A program made the translations under genes and the position numbers. This document shows positions 1-15,300 of a stretch of 64,000 nucleotides of DNA, one piece after another; position 1 is the stretch's first letter, and each line of letters starts with the position of its first letter. The stretch lies in contig NW_020846941.1 in the NCBI RefSeq assembly GCF_003704095.1, forward strand, positions 496,001 through 560,000. Direction: 5' to 3'. This DNA is from Pocillopora damicornis. Taxonomy: Eukaryota. Under the pieces are notes generated by a model. That model was not told the DNA's origin. It saw only the letters and a list, made by a program, of their open reading frames with translations, and ran no database searches.

Positions 1-227
1 TTTACGTTGAATTTACTGAGAATACAAGATGTTTTGCCATATTTCTTCCACGTTAATTTGGGAATAATAAAGAGAATTGAAAACCGGAATCCAATCATGC
101 CGCTTGCCGCCAACAAGCGGCCCCATGTTTTGAATTACGCAAGAGCCGTTGAGTGATGATGCTTTTGAACCAAAATCGTCTTTATCATAGGGGATCGGTA
201 TTGCTACTTTTGCACAATATACCGTAC

Positions 228-398
228 CTCATCGCCGGCTTGACACTCTTGCATGCACTGGGATGATAAAAGCAGTACGGAACGTTCGGAACAGAATCGT
301 CCCAACAACATCTTCGCAGACCCACACAGGTTGCCTTGGTGATACCAACATAACCACAGTCTACTCGCTGCTGAGAATTGACAGAAGAACACAGTCCT
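228..398 (-). CDS. Trefoil (P-type) domain and start of a second one, after MAM24
   Basis: [41 protein letters not shown] fits the six-Cys trefoil consensus (R.DCG..GIT...C....CCWD......CF). It is followed by CKSVKPAMR. Confidence 0.88.
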
Positions 399-3300
399 AT
401 ACAGTAGCCATCGTCGAACAAAATGTCGTCTATGGCGATGTCGCTATGGTAGTCTTTTCCCCTTACACCTTCAAAAATTATCTGATAGCTTGTCCTGCTG
501 GTTACTGTCACCTCTGCTTTGCGCCAGACATTGCCCTGCAGAGCAGAAAAAAATGGTAATCCAAGAAAGACTAATTAATGAAGGATGAGTGTAATGAAGG
601 CAAGGTTACAGAGAGCATGTTGGTGAAAATGTGTCTACCTGTGAGCCGTTGAGGTTCCAAACCAAACTCTCTGGCTTGCCAACTTGTTTCATGTAGATAT
701 TAAGGTTGGCAACGGTTGCACCATACATGTGGAACCACCATGACATGCACTTTCCAGTAGTGGAAGCGAACATTTTACTTCTCAATCTGGCTATTTCACC
801 TGACTTTCGAGGACTTGATGTTTCAATAAAAGCGTAAGTTCCTTTAAAGAACCAAAAACAAATACGTCAAATAGCCCAAATATAAAAACGATTAAACAAA
901 AATTCCTGAAGAAAATCTTAACGAATTTTCGAGTGCAGTGCATCAAAGGCATCAAAAATTATATTAGTAATTATACGTCTTGGGCATTGTTACGGTGGTG
1001 AAACAGCAGTAAGTTGTTCAACATACGAAACCCACGACTCCTTTTACAAAGCCACTTTAAACCTACCGACGGCGGATCCAGTCGTGTGATCACTCGACGG
1101 TCCCGTTTGGTAACTCGGTGTGCTGCCACTTCCCAGAGTCCAATCAAAATCATCCAGACCCGAAGACCTATTACCATTAGGTACATTGAGCCATGCACAG
1201 AAACTCTTTTTCTCAAAGTCACAACTTCCTGTGTTCAAAAAACAAATCATTCAAATACAAAAAAACAAGTTCAGTACTGTCAGGTGTAATAAGGAAACAC
1301 GCTTTTAGTTGAAAAAAAAATTGTTTGTGAATTTAGCATGGTCATTCAATATCTCAGTTTTAAGAAATTATTAATCAACCAGTATAATTTCCTAACTATT
1401 TAATATATATTTCAAAGCTATGCAGCAACTCAAAACATACATATCCAAAAAGGAAAGCTAACAGAAGGTATGAATAAATAAAAGAGGGTGGCTATCGAAG
1501 GTTGGAAGATTCTTGGTTAAAACGACTGAAATGTTCGTTAGTTATGAGGTATGAATCAATAAAAGACGGTGGCTTTCAAAACTTGAAAGGTTCTTAGTTA
1601 AAATGACTGAAATTTACGCTAGTTATGAAGCTCGAGAATCAATGTTCTGCGCTGTGAATTTGTAATTTCGCTAGTACTGCTTGTCAATTTGAAGTTAATA
1701 ACTCACATTCAAGAGAACAAACCAAGACGGTAAATGACATACTGTAACATTGTGCCTTTAAGGCCCAGAGGTTTATTTTTCACGAAACTTTCAGTGTAAT
1801 TGAAATCAAGCTCTTTTTGGCTTGTTTCCAGTCAAGACTTGCCCTCAGAGAGCTTTGAAGGTCATCGAAAGGAGAACATCATTTGCATAGGACACAAGGC
1901 AAAGCCATATTTTGAAATACGAATTAAAAAATTAATTCATAAACCCTAAGTAAACACTGGATAATTAAATACGAAGAACAACCTTCTGGTGGACAGGGGC
2001 TGTCATCAATGCTCAAGTCATCAATTGCAATATCGCCCTTATAACTCTGGCCTCTGATTCCTTCAAACAAAATCTTGGAAGAAAACAGTAAAACTTATCA
2101 ACATTATACTTGTCGTAAATGAAGTTTTCTTCCACCATCATGGTTTGAAAATAAATAAATGTCATTGCTACATATGCGTGATCGTCTATTTTTGAAATGA
2201 ATTCATAATTCTCTAAAGAATCTCGCGAAAGGGTGGATGGTTTACTGTATCGAGGGGCACTTTAACTCAGCTTCATCATAAAATATGAGTGCAACATTGA
2301 ATTCGAAATACAAAGATAATTTATTGAACGTCAAGGTTTTCGAACTAAGACTACGCAAGTTTTAGTGATTTTTCGTTTTTGTTTAACAGAGGACGTCTGG
2401 AATATGAATAAAACTTTAGAACGCACGTGCTGAGCTACTATGCTCATTTAATGTTTTGTGTCGCCATGTCCTCGTCGCCGCCACCGTTGCCGTCTCTGTC
2501 GCGGTTTGCTAAGGGTCCTTTTCCATGTTAGCCTAAGCATAAACCTTATCGCAGGCGAGGTTAAAAAGTAGATATACTTCATAAAATTATGACATGGGGT
2601 ACCTGGAAATCTCCACTGATCTTAACAGGTGCTCTGGCATGCAGCCAGAAATTACCCTGGTCACCAGTCTCATTCCAAACCTTTGAACCCATCGACGGGG
2701 AGCCAAATGTTTTGACATACACATTCAGTTGGCCAATATGAGGCCCAGCCATATGGTACCAGAAATTCAAGCATTTGCCATTCTGTGCTCCTGTGTACTT
2801 GGGACTGATGAGCCATGCGACGTCGCCTTGTTGGCGAGGGGAGGATGTCTCGATATACATGTAGTAACCTGGAGAGTGAACATTTTAAAAGGTTAACAAA
2901 ACTACTTGTAATTCACTTCCTACCGATCGTTTCTTAATCTGGACTGGAATTAATCTGATAAATACCAGAATAAACACAAGAACGATCCAAACCCACCATT
3001 GCTCGTTCCAGTGGTATGATCGGACGAAGGTCCTGTCCCCAAGGACGGTGTCCCCCCACTGTCACGCTGCCAATTAAAACTATCGCCCACTGTATTTTTC
3101 CATAAGCACATGTCAGTTTCAAAGTCACAAGCCTTTGGAGGTGGACAAGGCCCATCTGCAACATCCAAATCATCGAGGGCGATGTCTCCCATGTAACTAC
3201 TACCACGAACCCCTTCGAAAATGACATAGAACGGCTGGTTGCTTATCAGGTTCACTTGGGCATATCTCCACTTGTTACCTTGTGTTCCTCTTCGAGTCCA

Positions 3301-6300
3301 AATTCTACACAATAAAACGACATTTAGCTGTCAGTTGAAGGCTCCCAGGAAGTCAAAGAAGAAATTATTATCTGATTTAACTGCAGTCTTTTCCAACTTT
3401 TCGCATCCTCGTTCTACGCAATATAATGACATTAAGCTGTCAGTTGAGAGCAAGCATTTACATCGGCTCCTAGCAAACTGAACAAAGAGTTTTTCTGGTT
3501 TTGCCCCTAGAATATTTCCCATAGCATAATGAGATAAATGACACAAGCAGATGATAGCTTATCATCCATATTGCAATAATTCATGGAGCAAATTTAAATT
3601 GAGTGTCCAAAGCACATTGTGGTTGCTTTGTTTTTGGTTTACTCCACTAGCTCCAGAAACTCGTCTCATCCCCTCGACCAATCGGACGCGAACCAAGCTT
3701 TAGGGTTTTCATGCGCATCAATTTCCCTGTCATTAATCAGAATACTCGTTGGCTACGGATAAGATTTTCCGTTTCCCTGATTGGCCATGTTGATTGCTTG
3801 AACTCTGGTTTGGCAACAACAAAAAAACCAAAAGGCACTGAGTTCTTCCACGAGAAGCTCACCTGACTTGTGAAGAGCTATCTTTACGGTAGACATTAAG
3901 GGTGTCCACGTGTTGACCCCACATATGGAACCAAAACTTCAGGCATCGTCCTGAGGTGACCGTGGTTGGCTGTATCAAGCCACTTTGGAGCTGTGCCTTG
4001 TCGTTCTGACGACGCGGAGAGGATGTCTCGATGTAAACATAGTAACCTAGCAAATGTTAAAAAAAATCGTATGGCTCTCTCATCCCATTTCTGACATAGC
4101 AATTGGGTTATATTAATATAAACTCAGCAAAAATTGATTTACCAAATGCACTTATTTGAGGGAGTATGGTGCTTCGACTATGAATTTGTACTTGCCTAGG
4201 GGAGGTGTTAAAATGCATGGAAATTCTACTGTATTTTAGCACATCTCACGAATATTACATAAGTAGCTAGGCTCGTGGAGTTTTAGATAGCTGTAGACTA
4301 CGCATACGATATCCAAGGAAATCTTAATCGTTTAACTCAATTTTTGCCGTTGGAGCAATTTTTAACTGAGTATCGAAAGTAATTAGAAATTGCGTTTGTT
4401 TTGCTTCGCTGTATCATTGGTCCATAATAATCCATCAATCAGAAGCAATTTGAGCTCTCAATGGCTCCTTCTCATATTTTTTTCCATCACGCTAGGTTTC
4501 GTTGGTGTAACATACGGAAAACACTTAAAACTAATTCAGGATACCTTGAGAAGTTCCTTTCGTGTGATCAACAGTCGGTCCTGTGCTCCACGAAGCCGTT
4601 GATCCCCTGCTCCTTGTCCAATCGAAATCATCTCCATTCAGGTTTTTCCAGGAGCAGAACCCTCCTTCAAAAGTACAGTTGTTGATGATGGGAGGGGGTT
4701 TGGTGGGTGGTGGAGTGGGGGGCACCGCCAAGGAAGGCACAACAGAGCATTTTGATGTAGAGAATGTGATGTCATCGATTGCGATGTCACCACTGACGCT
4801 ACTTCCTCTCACAGCCTCAAAGACCACCTGTAAGAAAATGTGGAAAAAATTGAACTCTATCGTTACAATAAAACTTTGAGAATAGGTATAATATAAAATG
4901 TTCTTTGCATTGATTATTATTTTAAATCGAACATTTCCAACATATAACATTCCAGCGAAAAATTACAAATTCTCGCCAGAAAATTATAATCAGCCTCAGT
5001 CATACATGAATTTTTCTACTGATTTGGTTATTCTGACCTAACTCCCGTCAAACTGCAGCCTTGATGGAGTCACAGCAGTCACTTCATTCAGTCACTTGTA
5101 GCAGTCACTGAATACTACACGTGCCTTCTTTTTTTTTTTAACGAATATTACCTGGTAAGGAGAACCACTTGTAATAGGGGCCTGTCCACTGTACCACTGG
5201 TCACCAAAGTTTCCACTGACCTCCCAAATGACACTTTCTGATTTGTTTCCTGGACCAGTTTTCTCCAGAATTCTAAGCGTGCCAATTGAAGCACCATACA
5301 TATGATACCAGAACTTCACACATCTTCCATGGATTGTGACTGGTGAGAAGTCCTCACTGACAAGACGAGCCTTGTCGCCTTGCCTACGAGGTGATGATGT
5401 TTCTATGTACATGTAATGACCTGCAAAACAAGAGACTCGTTCAGCCTCACAAGAGTCGAGTGGTCTATACTGTCAAAGGCTAATCCTGGTTTCTATAGTA
5501 TCAAGCGACTACCATGTACGAGTATTGCCACTGACTGGATGTGATGCTAGTCAATCGCAGATTACCCTATACATCAGGTTTTCCAACAGTTAGCCAGAAT
5601 ATATTTACATTCCTGAATGGAGAGGATTACCGCGAGGATCATGTGCCTCGCCTAAGCACAGAACAGAACGGCCTCGTTGCAGACTGAATAAAGCTCTGAG
5701 GTCGTAGGGAGATAGGGACCAAAAAGCCATTGCATCTCCAAGTAAATAACAAGGCCAACTATAAGTAACAACATCTCTTCCTTCTTATATACCATAGTTA
5801 AGCAATTAAGCGCCACCCTGAGTTAACGCCGACAAGAGAGCAAAAAATTGATGGGCACTGCCGTCGAACAAGAGCCACTCATAAAAATGAGGCATTTAAT
5901 CCATAAAATACAGTACACTTCAGCTGCAGCAGTCTCACAACACAGAATACTTCACCTAAACCAGTCCCCAGAGTATGATCCACCTTTGGGCCCGTCCTCC
6001 AGCTTGGAGTTGCTCCTGCATTTCTCAGCCAGTCAAACTGATCTTCAGTCGGGGTGTTAGTATAGGTGCACATTCCACTTTCAAAATCACAGTCACCTTA
6101 AAAAGGCAAATAGTCATGTGTTTTAAATTCAGTTATTGGCTCACCCATTTCTAAATCAAACACTCTTTCCATCGTTTTAGATGTTACTGATTTACCTGGT
6201 AATGGACAAGGGCTCTTGATTAACTTCATATCGTCAACAGCAATATCCCCCTTGTAGCTCTTGCCTGCTACACCCTCTACCACAATCTGCCACAAGGGTT

Positions 6301-9300
6301 CAAAAGATAATTCAGAAACTCTTTAAATACTTGATAAAATTTTTACCCCTGCTTATTATAAATTAGCTATTAGTATCGTTAATTGTTGTAAGTATGCTAG
6401 CGTTTTATCACAAATATTGCAATCTGATTGGCTTTGCTACTTTAATTTATTTTGTGACAGAAAGTGAGCAGGAAACAGTGTGGCGGGACCTATTTGAATC
6501 ATTATTCAACAACAGTACATTATTTACTCTCGATTTCTATGCCTGATTCGCTTTTAGCGCTGAGTCCAGAGATCTGACACTCACTTCTCCCATTTGATGT
6601 CCATAAATTTCTCTGTTTCCTAATTCTAATAATTTGATGTTATATACAAACAATAATCACTGTTTGAATAATAGTAAATGATTCATAATTGTTTCTGCAA
6701 AAAATGCACCTACCTGGAAATTAGAGCTTGAAGTGACTGTAACCTGAGCAATCTTCCAGATATTTCCACGATCACCCGACCTAAGCCACACTGGCACGCC
6801 AGGTTTACCCGATGGTGACTTCACGTACACATTAAGTGTGCCAATGTCTTGGCCATACATGTGGTACCAGAATTGGAAGCACTGGCCTCCCTTAACAGCA
6901 GGGTAAGTGGGGCTAATAAGCCTTGCTTTGTCACCCTGTTTCCTTGGATAAGACGTCTCGATGTACATGTAATACCCTATAAGCAAAACAGAAAAAAAAG
7001 AAAAATATATCAAGGTGATAACATGAAACCACGATTACATGCGAGGTGGGTTCATCCTAAGGACTAGACAAAATGTTCCCTGAATAGAAGTTTCTAAAAG
7101 AAACTTCCCAAACATATACAAAAGGTTGTACGAAAGAGTAACGTCTCTTTCAAGAACGTGATGACCATTTCAACATTTGATTTCGAGTCTGTTGTGAAGT
7201 TGTTACGTGTGTTTTGGGAACACATGGAAGGGTACTTACCATAGAAATGGCGTGCGGCTGAAACATTCAACCAAGCCCTTGCTACTATCTGCTTTGTTCT
7301 GAATTTTTTTTTTTATATGTGACCCAAAAAAAACCCAATTATGTGGTGGGGTGCTTGTCATAAAAACTTACAAAAAAAATCATTATTCAGCATTTCTTAC
7401 CCTGTTTGGTTCCATAGGTGTGGTCAAATGCTGGCCCGGTCTGGTAACTAGCAGTGGAACCACTTGCACGGGTCCATTGAAAGTCATCAGTGGTATCTTG
7501 CGTCCAGCCGCAAGTATGTGATAATGATCCCACAAAGGCCTCAAAGGTACACTCACCTGAAAGTAAAACACACATGAGCTAATTAAACAACCGTGGAGGA
7601 TCAATACATGTTGTCATAACTATGAATTGAAAAGCTATAATGGAATCCAACTTTCCTAACCCCTTTTGAAAACGAAATTGGTTCAAGTTATCGAAAGGTT
7701 TGAAAAATAGTGTGGGATGGAGGTAAAATGTCTTTTTCTTTATAACGAAGGGTAACTAGCTTTGGTTCAAGAAGGGTAACTAGCTTTGGTTCAAATCATG
7801 TGGAGTTTTAAGAACAAAAAAAGAAACCTTTTTAACTCATGGGCGTAGTGGCTTTTCCGTGCACTGCTGTACATTAGACTGAATAACTTTGTTGTGCCAG
7901 GAAATAACATAAAAAAGGCAGATTGTAACATGACAAAACCTAAGTCCGTTCTGTTAGTGAAACTAAACCTTAGCTGAAACTGTTGGTTAGCATATCAACC
8001 TAAAGAAGGGAATCGCGGAAATTAGCACAGTCCCAAAAATATATCGCAGCTCCTTATAGACAAAAAACACATAGTCAGTCCTTACTTGCTGCTGGACAAT
8101 TGTTGTTTTGGAAAGAAATGTCATCCAACGAGATGTCCCCTTGGTAACTAGAGCCACGTACTCCCTCAAAAGTAACCTGCATTGAGATTTAAGTACAAAA
8201 TATTAGGAATCAGAATTCAACTCTAAATTAGTTGTTATGGAAAATACCGTACTTGGAATGCTCTGCAAAGTATTTTTTTTCGACGGGTTTTGTTCCCAAC
8301 TATAGTTCGTTTCTGACTTTTCATGAACATTGGCTTATAGGTAAGGAAATCTTGAGGATAATCTAATTTACATGGTGAATATATTATACTGCAATGTACG
8401 AGTCATACCTGGTAGGAACCTTGAGTTGTGTTGAATTGCACAAGTCCTTGTTTCCATTCATCAGCCTGAGAGCCAACTTTTTGCCACGTGAGAGTTTTTG
8501 GATTGTTTCCATCCTGAAAATGAACCACTAGTTACTAAATCTGAAGAATTTAAACCATCAGTTGAGAATACAACAATTTGTTGCAATAGGCTAGCATTGC
8601 AATGCTTTGCTCTTTTCATGCTCTTAATTTCCTGCGCAGACCATAAATGGTAAAAAAGGCATCACCTAAATCAACTTTGGTACAGCAGCCTATGTTGGTT
8701 TGGCTTGTCCTCTTGATCTGTCTTCCCTCGAAGCCCTTATCATAGCTTACACTAAAAAGTTACTCTTATGCCAAGAGAGGAGTCTAATAACACGAAAATA
8801 CCACCGTGAATAGCTTGAAATATGAGGACACTGGTAGAACTAAGGATTTTCATTTCAAGTCTCGTATTAGCAAAACTCCGTAATCTCTTGAAAACAAAGG
8901 AAAATTGTTTTAAAATTTAAAACAGTATGAGCATATGAACACTACCTTCACGTAGACGTTAAGAGAAGCAATGTGAGGTCCAAACATATGGTACCAGAAC
9001 AGCACACAAGCAGTTGGTCCTGACGTCGGAATAATTGGACTAACCAATCCAGCCGTGTCGTTTGGTTGGCGAGGAGATGATGTCTCGATGTACATATAGT
9101 AGCCTTGTCCTAGAAAGCGTTACAAGGTAGCAAAATATTTGAGACGAACTATTTTACACGAAGTAATCGAAGCGAAATAACACGGAAATGTTTTGTTAGC
9201 CTTTCATGCATCAAGAAACTGAGTAATTCTCAACTCTTTCATGATGTGCAAAAAGAAATCTATTCAATAATTTGAAATGGATCAGATCGCTCACCCGTAT

Positions 9301-12300
9301 TTCCTAAAGTGTGATCATATTTGGGTCCAGTACCAGAAGATGCTGTGGAGCCCTGGTGACGGGTCCAGTTAAATTTTCCATTGGAGTCAAAAGTCCAAGA
9401 GCATATCCCAACTTCGAAATTGCAGTCATTTCCTTGATTTCCTACAAAGACAAAAACAGTATGGTATATTAGGCTTGACACCTCATTTCACTTTCTAGAA
9501 TGTATCAACGTACATCTCTTATATTTCTTAACTGTTGTACGAGAGTTAAGTAACCAGTGAATATATATGTTCGCCTAAACATCCTACAAGAAGGAAAGTT
9601 TCAATCAAAGCACATGAATGTAGCCTTTTTCAATTATATGTGATGACAGTAATGTCCACAACCACAATGGCCATGAAAAATTACAAGGATCCAGTAAGAA
9701 CAAGAACAAATGCCAAAGATAGCATGCAAACAGGCCATCTTATTCGCACAGCAGGATGCGCGTTTCCCCACCCGCGAGAAGATATGAGACGACTGGGGGA
9801 GTCTGGCACTAATTATGAGGTACGACGCACGCTAGTGCTGAAGCGTTAAAGTAGAGGACCTGTACTCAGGCTTAAAAAAATGCGACGAAGTTACCATTCG
9901 ATTATTTTGCATCTTACGGTGTAAAAGGATGGTACATACTTTCTTGACCAATCACAGGGTAAAGAAAAAGCAAGAGTAATGCAATGATTTCCTTTAATAC
10001 AGTGCATTATCTATTCAAGGGTATGGATGGACCTACCTATTGTGGTTGGGGTAATAGACGGAGATGTGGTGACAGGAGGAGCTGCAGTTGTCATGTTAAC
10101 AGGCAGTGCATCATAAGGCTGCAACCTGCAGTTGGCCGCGCCAACCGTGAAGCTTACGTCATCCAGTGCTATGTCACCGGTATAACTATTTCCACGGATA
10201 CCTTCAAACAGAACCTACATGAAAGAAATATAGACCATTCATGTTGTAAAAAATCAAGGCTGGTTCTATGTTCTGCATCCTGTAAAAGTCAGGGTGTTCA
10301 TCAAGCAGATCTCTCCATAATAATTTTCATGTCCAGCACTTCTTTTAATTTAGACGTGAAAATTGGTCTCCTGTCACTTTACAGTATAATCCGCGAGGTA
10401 CAATTTTGTAACGGAAGCTCAAAGGGAAAGATTGTGGCAAGTGGCAGATCTGGAATATTCCCAAATTAAGTATACATGCACTCTGACATCTCACCTGATA
10501 CTTGACGCTGCTTCTTATGGGCGTTTGTCCAAGCAACCAGTTATCGCCCTTATTTCCTATTCTCTGCCACAGCAGAGACATTGTTGAGAAGTTGCCGGTG
10601 TATATGTAGACATTCAAGGTGCCAATTGAGGCTCCTTTCATGTGATGCCAAAACTGTAGACATCTACCACTACTGGAGGTCGGGTCAAAAGGTTCACTGA
10701 GGAGATATGCCTTGTCGCCAGGCACTCTCGGGGATGAGGTCTCGATAAACATATACTGGCCTAGCATTCGAAAAACATTGAAAATTGCACAACAATTCAT
10801 TTTTTAGAATCAGATTTGAAACAGCTTGCAGAAAAAAACATATTTACTACCAACGACAGGCTGGTCCGTCGGCATTAATTTTTAAGGTAGGAAAAAGGGT
10901 GAACTATGCCAATTACAAAAAAGCAAATAAAATAAAAAAACCTACCAGAGCCTGTTGTGTGGTCTTTGGAAGGTCCTGTCAGAAAGCTTGGTGTTCTTCC
11001 ACCTCCTACAATCCAGTCGAATGTATCCCCAGTTCGGGCGTTAGTCCAAGTGCACATACCATCGTCAAACGAGCAATCTCCAGGTGATGGACAGCTGCCA
11101 TTCATTATTTTGACATCATCAATGGCTATATCTCCAGTATAGCTTGCTCCCTTTACTCCTTCAAAAACAATCTTTTGAAAAATAAGTTTACTGTGAGTTA
11201 AAGAGTGGTTTAAGTGGAAGACAAAGACACGCAATATGAAGTCAAAATGTTGGGATTTTCATGAGTGATCAGGTAGTGAGACGAATGATAATACTTCATT
11301 ATTACTGTATTTCACCAAAATGGATTAAAATAACCGTTCTTACAAAACCCCATACCTGATATCCAATACGACTCTTGATGTTTACTTGTGCTACATTCCA
11401 GATATTACTGTCATTGCCTGTTTTGCTCCATACTTTAGACTTGAATATAGAGAAGGTCTCGACATATACATTCAATGTTCCAATGGTGCGGCCATACATG
11501 TGATACCAGAACTGAAGGCATGAACCCTGTGTGGCTGGATATCTTGGGCTTCGCAGGTGAGCTGTGTCACCCGCATTTAAGTTTAAGGGAGAAACCTCAG
11601 TGTACATGTAATGGCCTGAAAAGCAACAATACAACCATCAGAAACTTGATTTTACTTCTCCTCTCTTCTTGTATTCTGTATTATTATTTAAATGGCTCCA
11701 ACTTCAACTCAGGCATTTTCAATATAACCATTTGCCAAAAAATAACTAAATGTTATACCATTTCAAAGCTTATAAAATAGTTTGCAAGTTTGTGTCTTAA
11801 GCGCAGGTCGCAAAACTGACTAATTTTAAAGCAAAGTTAAAGTCCAATAGTTTTCTTCTTGCCAGTTCTAGCTTGGTGTACAGTTAGTCTATTGTGATTT
11901 TTAAAATCATAAACAAAAAATTTTAGATGCAGACTTCTGGTTCTGACAAGGTTGTGGAAGTAAATCTTACCATACACAGTCCCATAGGTGTGATCTGCCA
12001 CTGGCCCAGTGCCAATACTAGTAGTTGGACCATTGCTTCGGAGCCAGTTAAATTTGTCCGTGGTGTCATAGCTGTTTTGATACCCGCAGATGTCAGCTGC
12101 TTCAAAACTGCACATTCCTAAATAAGAAATATGATAAAGTTTAGTAACATGTTGACTGATGTATGGCACTTGTAGGTCAAGTTATCATTTAAAGCAAGAA
12201 AATAAGAAAATATCATCACGGGCAAATCTGCTATATATTCAAAAGTTTTAAGTTGGAGTACATTCTGTCACGTAATGTATTTAAACAAAATAAACGCTAG

Positions 12301-15300
12301 CAAAAATATTTAATGAATTTTAAACTAGTCTATGACAAAGTAAATGACTAAGTGCTTGAACAATCAGACCGAGCAAATCTCAAAGAGGTTTTCTCGTTTA
12401 CCTGATGAGGGACAGCTGCCATCTTTCAGTGAAATATCATCAAGCGCAATATCTCCACGGAAACTTACTCCTCGAACTGCTTCGAAAACAATCTAAAAGA
12501 TGAAAAAATTTTAAGGGTAAGAGTAAAGGAGAAGACAGCATCAGCGACTACTACGCTCATAAGTCATACAAATAACAACAAATTCTGCAAACCCATCTGT
12601 AGTCATTCACAAGGAGAGCAATGCAGATGTAATATACGCCATTCATCTTGATCAATTATGCAGAAGTTTAACCTAATTTGTGTAAGTCTACCAAAAACTG
12701 ATGTCTATCTATACCACTCAAATAGAAATTCATTCGTAATGAAAAATTTTTGCACAAAATTGTTGCTCTCTTGAAACAAGAAAGGGTGCCCAAATTGTTG
12801 AAGAAGATTGTGAATGGCACTACGCATAACTAAAACTTACTTGTACATCTTTGATGTGTTCTACTGTGTACTCTCCCTGTATCCACTGATTTCCTTGATC
12901 TCCTTGCCTTACCCACTTGGGTTTCCCTAAGGTAGAACCAACCTTCTGGTACAGTCGTAACGTGTCCACATGAGGTCCATACATATGATACCAGAAGGAC
13001 ACACAGTGAATTGATTTTTGGGACCCATCTGCTTTAATTGTTGGACTAAGGATGCGAGCAGTATCATTAACTTGCCTCGGAAAAGATGTTTCAATGTAGA
13101 CGTACCAGCCCTGACCTGTAGACATTCCAAAACAGTGTCAGCCTTAGATACCTCAAGTTAACACCTTAAATTACTTTCCTAAAAGAAAACGAATAAAACG
13201 ATAATGATAATGATAAGGAATTTATATAGCGCTAAAACTGTAAACAATATTCAGAAGCGCTTTACATAAGTTAAAGTTCTCTACTAATTAAAATTAAAAT
13301 ATTCAAAGGCAATAAACAAACTAAAAGCTTTCCTCAATAGAAATGTATTAAGTTGCTTTTTAAAAATGGCGAGGCTACTACTTGTTCTTTTAGTTAGTGG
13401 CAGCGAGTTCCATAAAACAGATGCAGCATGTGCTAATGCCCGATCCCCAAGTGAAGAGCAGTTGGCTTTTGGAACGAACAGAAGAGATTGAGCAGACGAG
13501 CGAAAAGCATAGTTAGTAGCTGGTTTCAGGGACAAAAGATCTTTAATGTAGGGAGGACTTTGGTTGCGCAATGACTTGTAAACAAAGAGGAGCAATTTAA
13601 ACTGAACTCTGAACGTTACTGGGAGCCAATGAAGGTCGATAAGTGCAGGTGTGATATGTCATGTAAAAGAGACCAAAAGGCTCACCAAAGGACAGCTGCT
13701 AAAAGCAAAACGGAAACTGCTCACAGTATTCATTAGATCTGTACAACAGTTCCAAAAAATTGTCAATTAACGTGAGCCATGGGGGTTTGTAATGACATTC
13801 AGAGTCTCTAAACAGTAATTTAATCCTTACGTGTGCCTGTTGTATGGTCGATGCTGGGCCCTGTCAGAACACTGCCTGTTGAACCCCTATGTCTTGTCCA
13901 ATCGAAGCGATCTGTGATAGACTGGCTCCAAGAGCATATTCCATTTTCAAAGTTACAATCAAATGGAACTGCACTGACCGGACTTGTTATACATTTACCA
14001 ACAGTTGTAGTAAATGTTATGTCATCGATCGCTATGTCACCTTGATAATCAACTCCACGAATGCCTTCAAAGATGATCTACAAGAATTATCATTGACGTC
14101 AGCATCTTTTTCAAGACAAGAGCTACATTTAAGGGTGATTTAACCCTTTACACCCTAACATCAGTATGCATATTCTCCATATTGATCTCTCATTTCTAAG
14201 TAGGATATGTTTTGCAATCAAGAGCCTCTTTAGTTGGTGATCATTTCCTTTATTCTCATGATCTGAATGTGGAATAAGGGGTGATATTGTAAACAAATTA
14301 GATGCTACTCACTCTTAGGGGTCATAGAGTTAATGCGCAATCAAATACAAACACTGCTGACAAAATTCACATTCTAATAGATAGCTACTACCATCCACGC
14401 AGACACATTTGCTGTGTGACCAAGAAGACAGAATGTTCCTTGGCCCTAAAAGGATAAGCTTCAAAATGCAGAGATGGAAAAAAGGATGCAAAGCATAACA
14501 ATGTAATTTTCTGCCAAAACCATGTACATTTTGCGAATGGGTTCAAAAGATCTGAGATCTGGGATTCTCTATGTCAGTTGTTTACCATAACGCAAAAAAT
14601 GCCATGACTAGTTAAAGAGAAAGCCTCAAATTATGAGTTACCTGATAATGGCGACCACCACTTAGAATTTGCAGTCGAGCAGCTTTCCACGCAGTCCCTT
14701 GATCACCAGAGAGTGACCATAACTTTGTCTCTGACTGCCCATACACTCTCATGTACACATTCAAGGTGCCAATATGGCTTCCATTCATATGATACCAAAA
14801 CTGCATGCATCTGCCATTGCTAGGAGTTGCAGGGAAAACTTCACTTTCCAGCCTTGCACGATCTCCACGTCTTCTGGGGAGTGAGGTCTCTATGAACAGG
14901 TAGTTTCCTTTCACAAGAAAGTAAAATAATATGTTAATATTTGCAGGGTTCAAATAAACTCTTTGTCCACTATTCCATTATAAATCTTTTTTTGACGAGA
15001 ACATTAAGTACAAATGCAATTATAGCAATTGAACAGGTTGGAAGTCTACAAATATTGTAGTAAATTCTACTGACAGTCTAAGTGAGTTTTAATTATTATT
15101 TGCCCAAGGTTTGTGGAGTAAACTTTGCATCAGTGAAAATCAATTTTAACCTTAAGCAACAACTAACCATTTGTTGGGTTACTTAGACACAACATGACGA
15201 GAACTAACCAAAAGGGAACAAAGATAAGTATGAGGAGATTATTAAAGTTTACTTGTGCAAAACTTTGAAAATCAGGCTCAATTCCATGAGATATCAAAAA

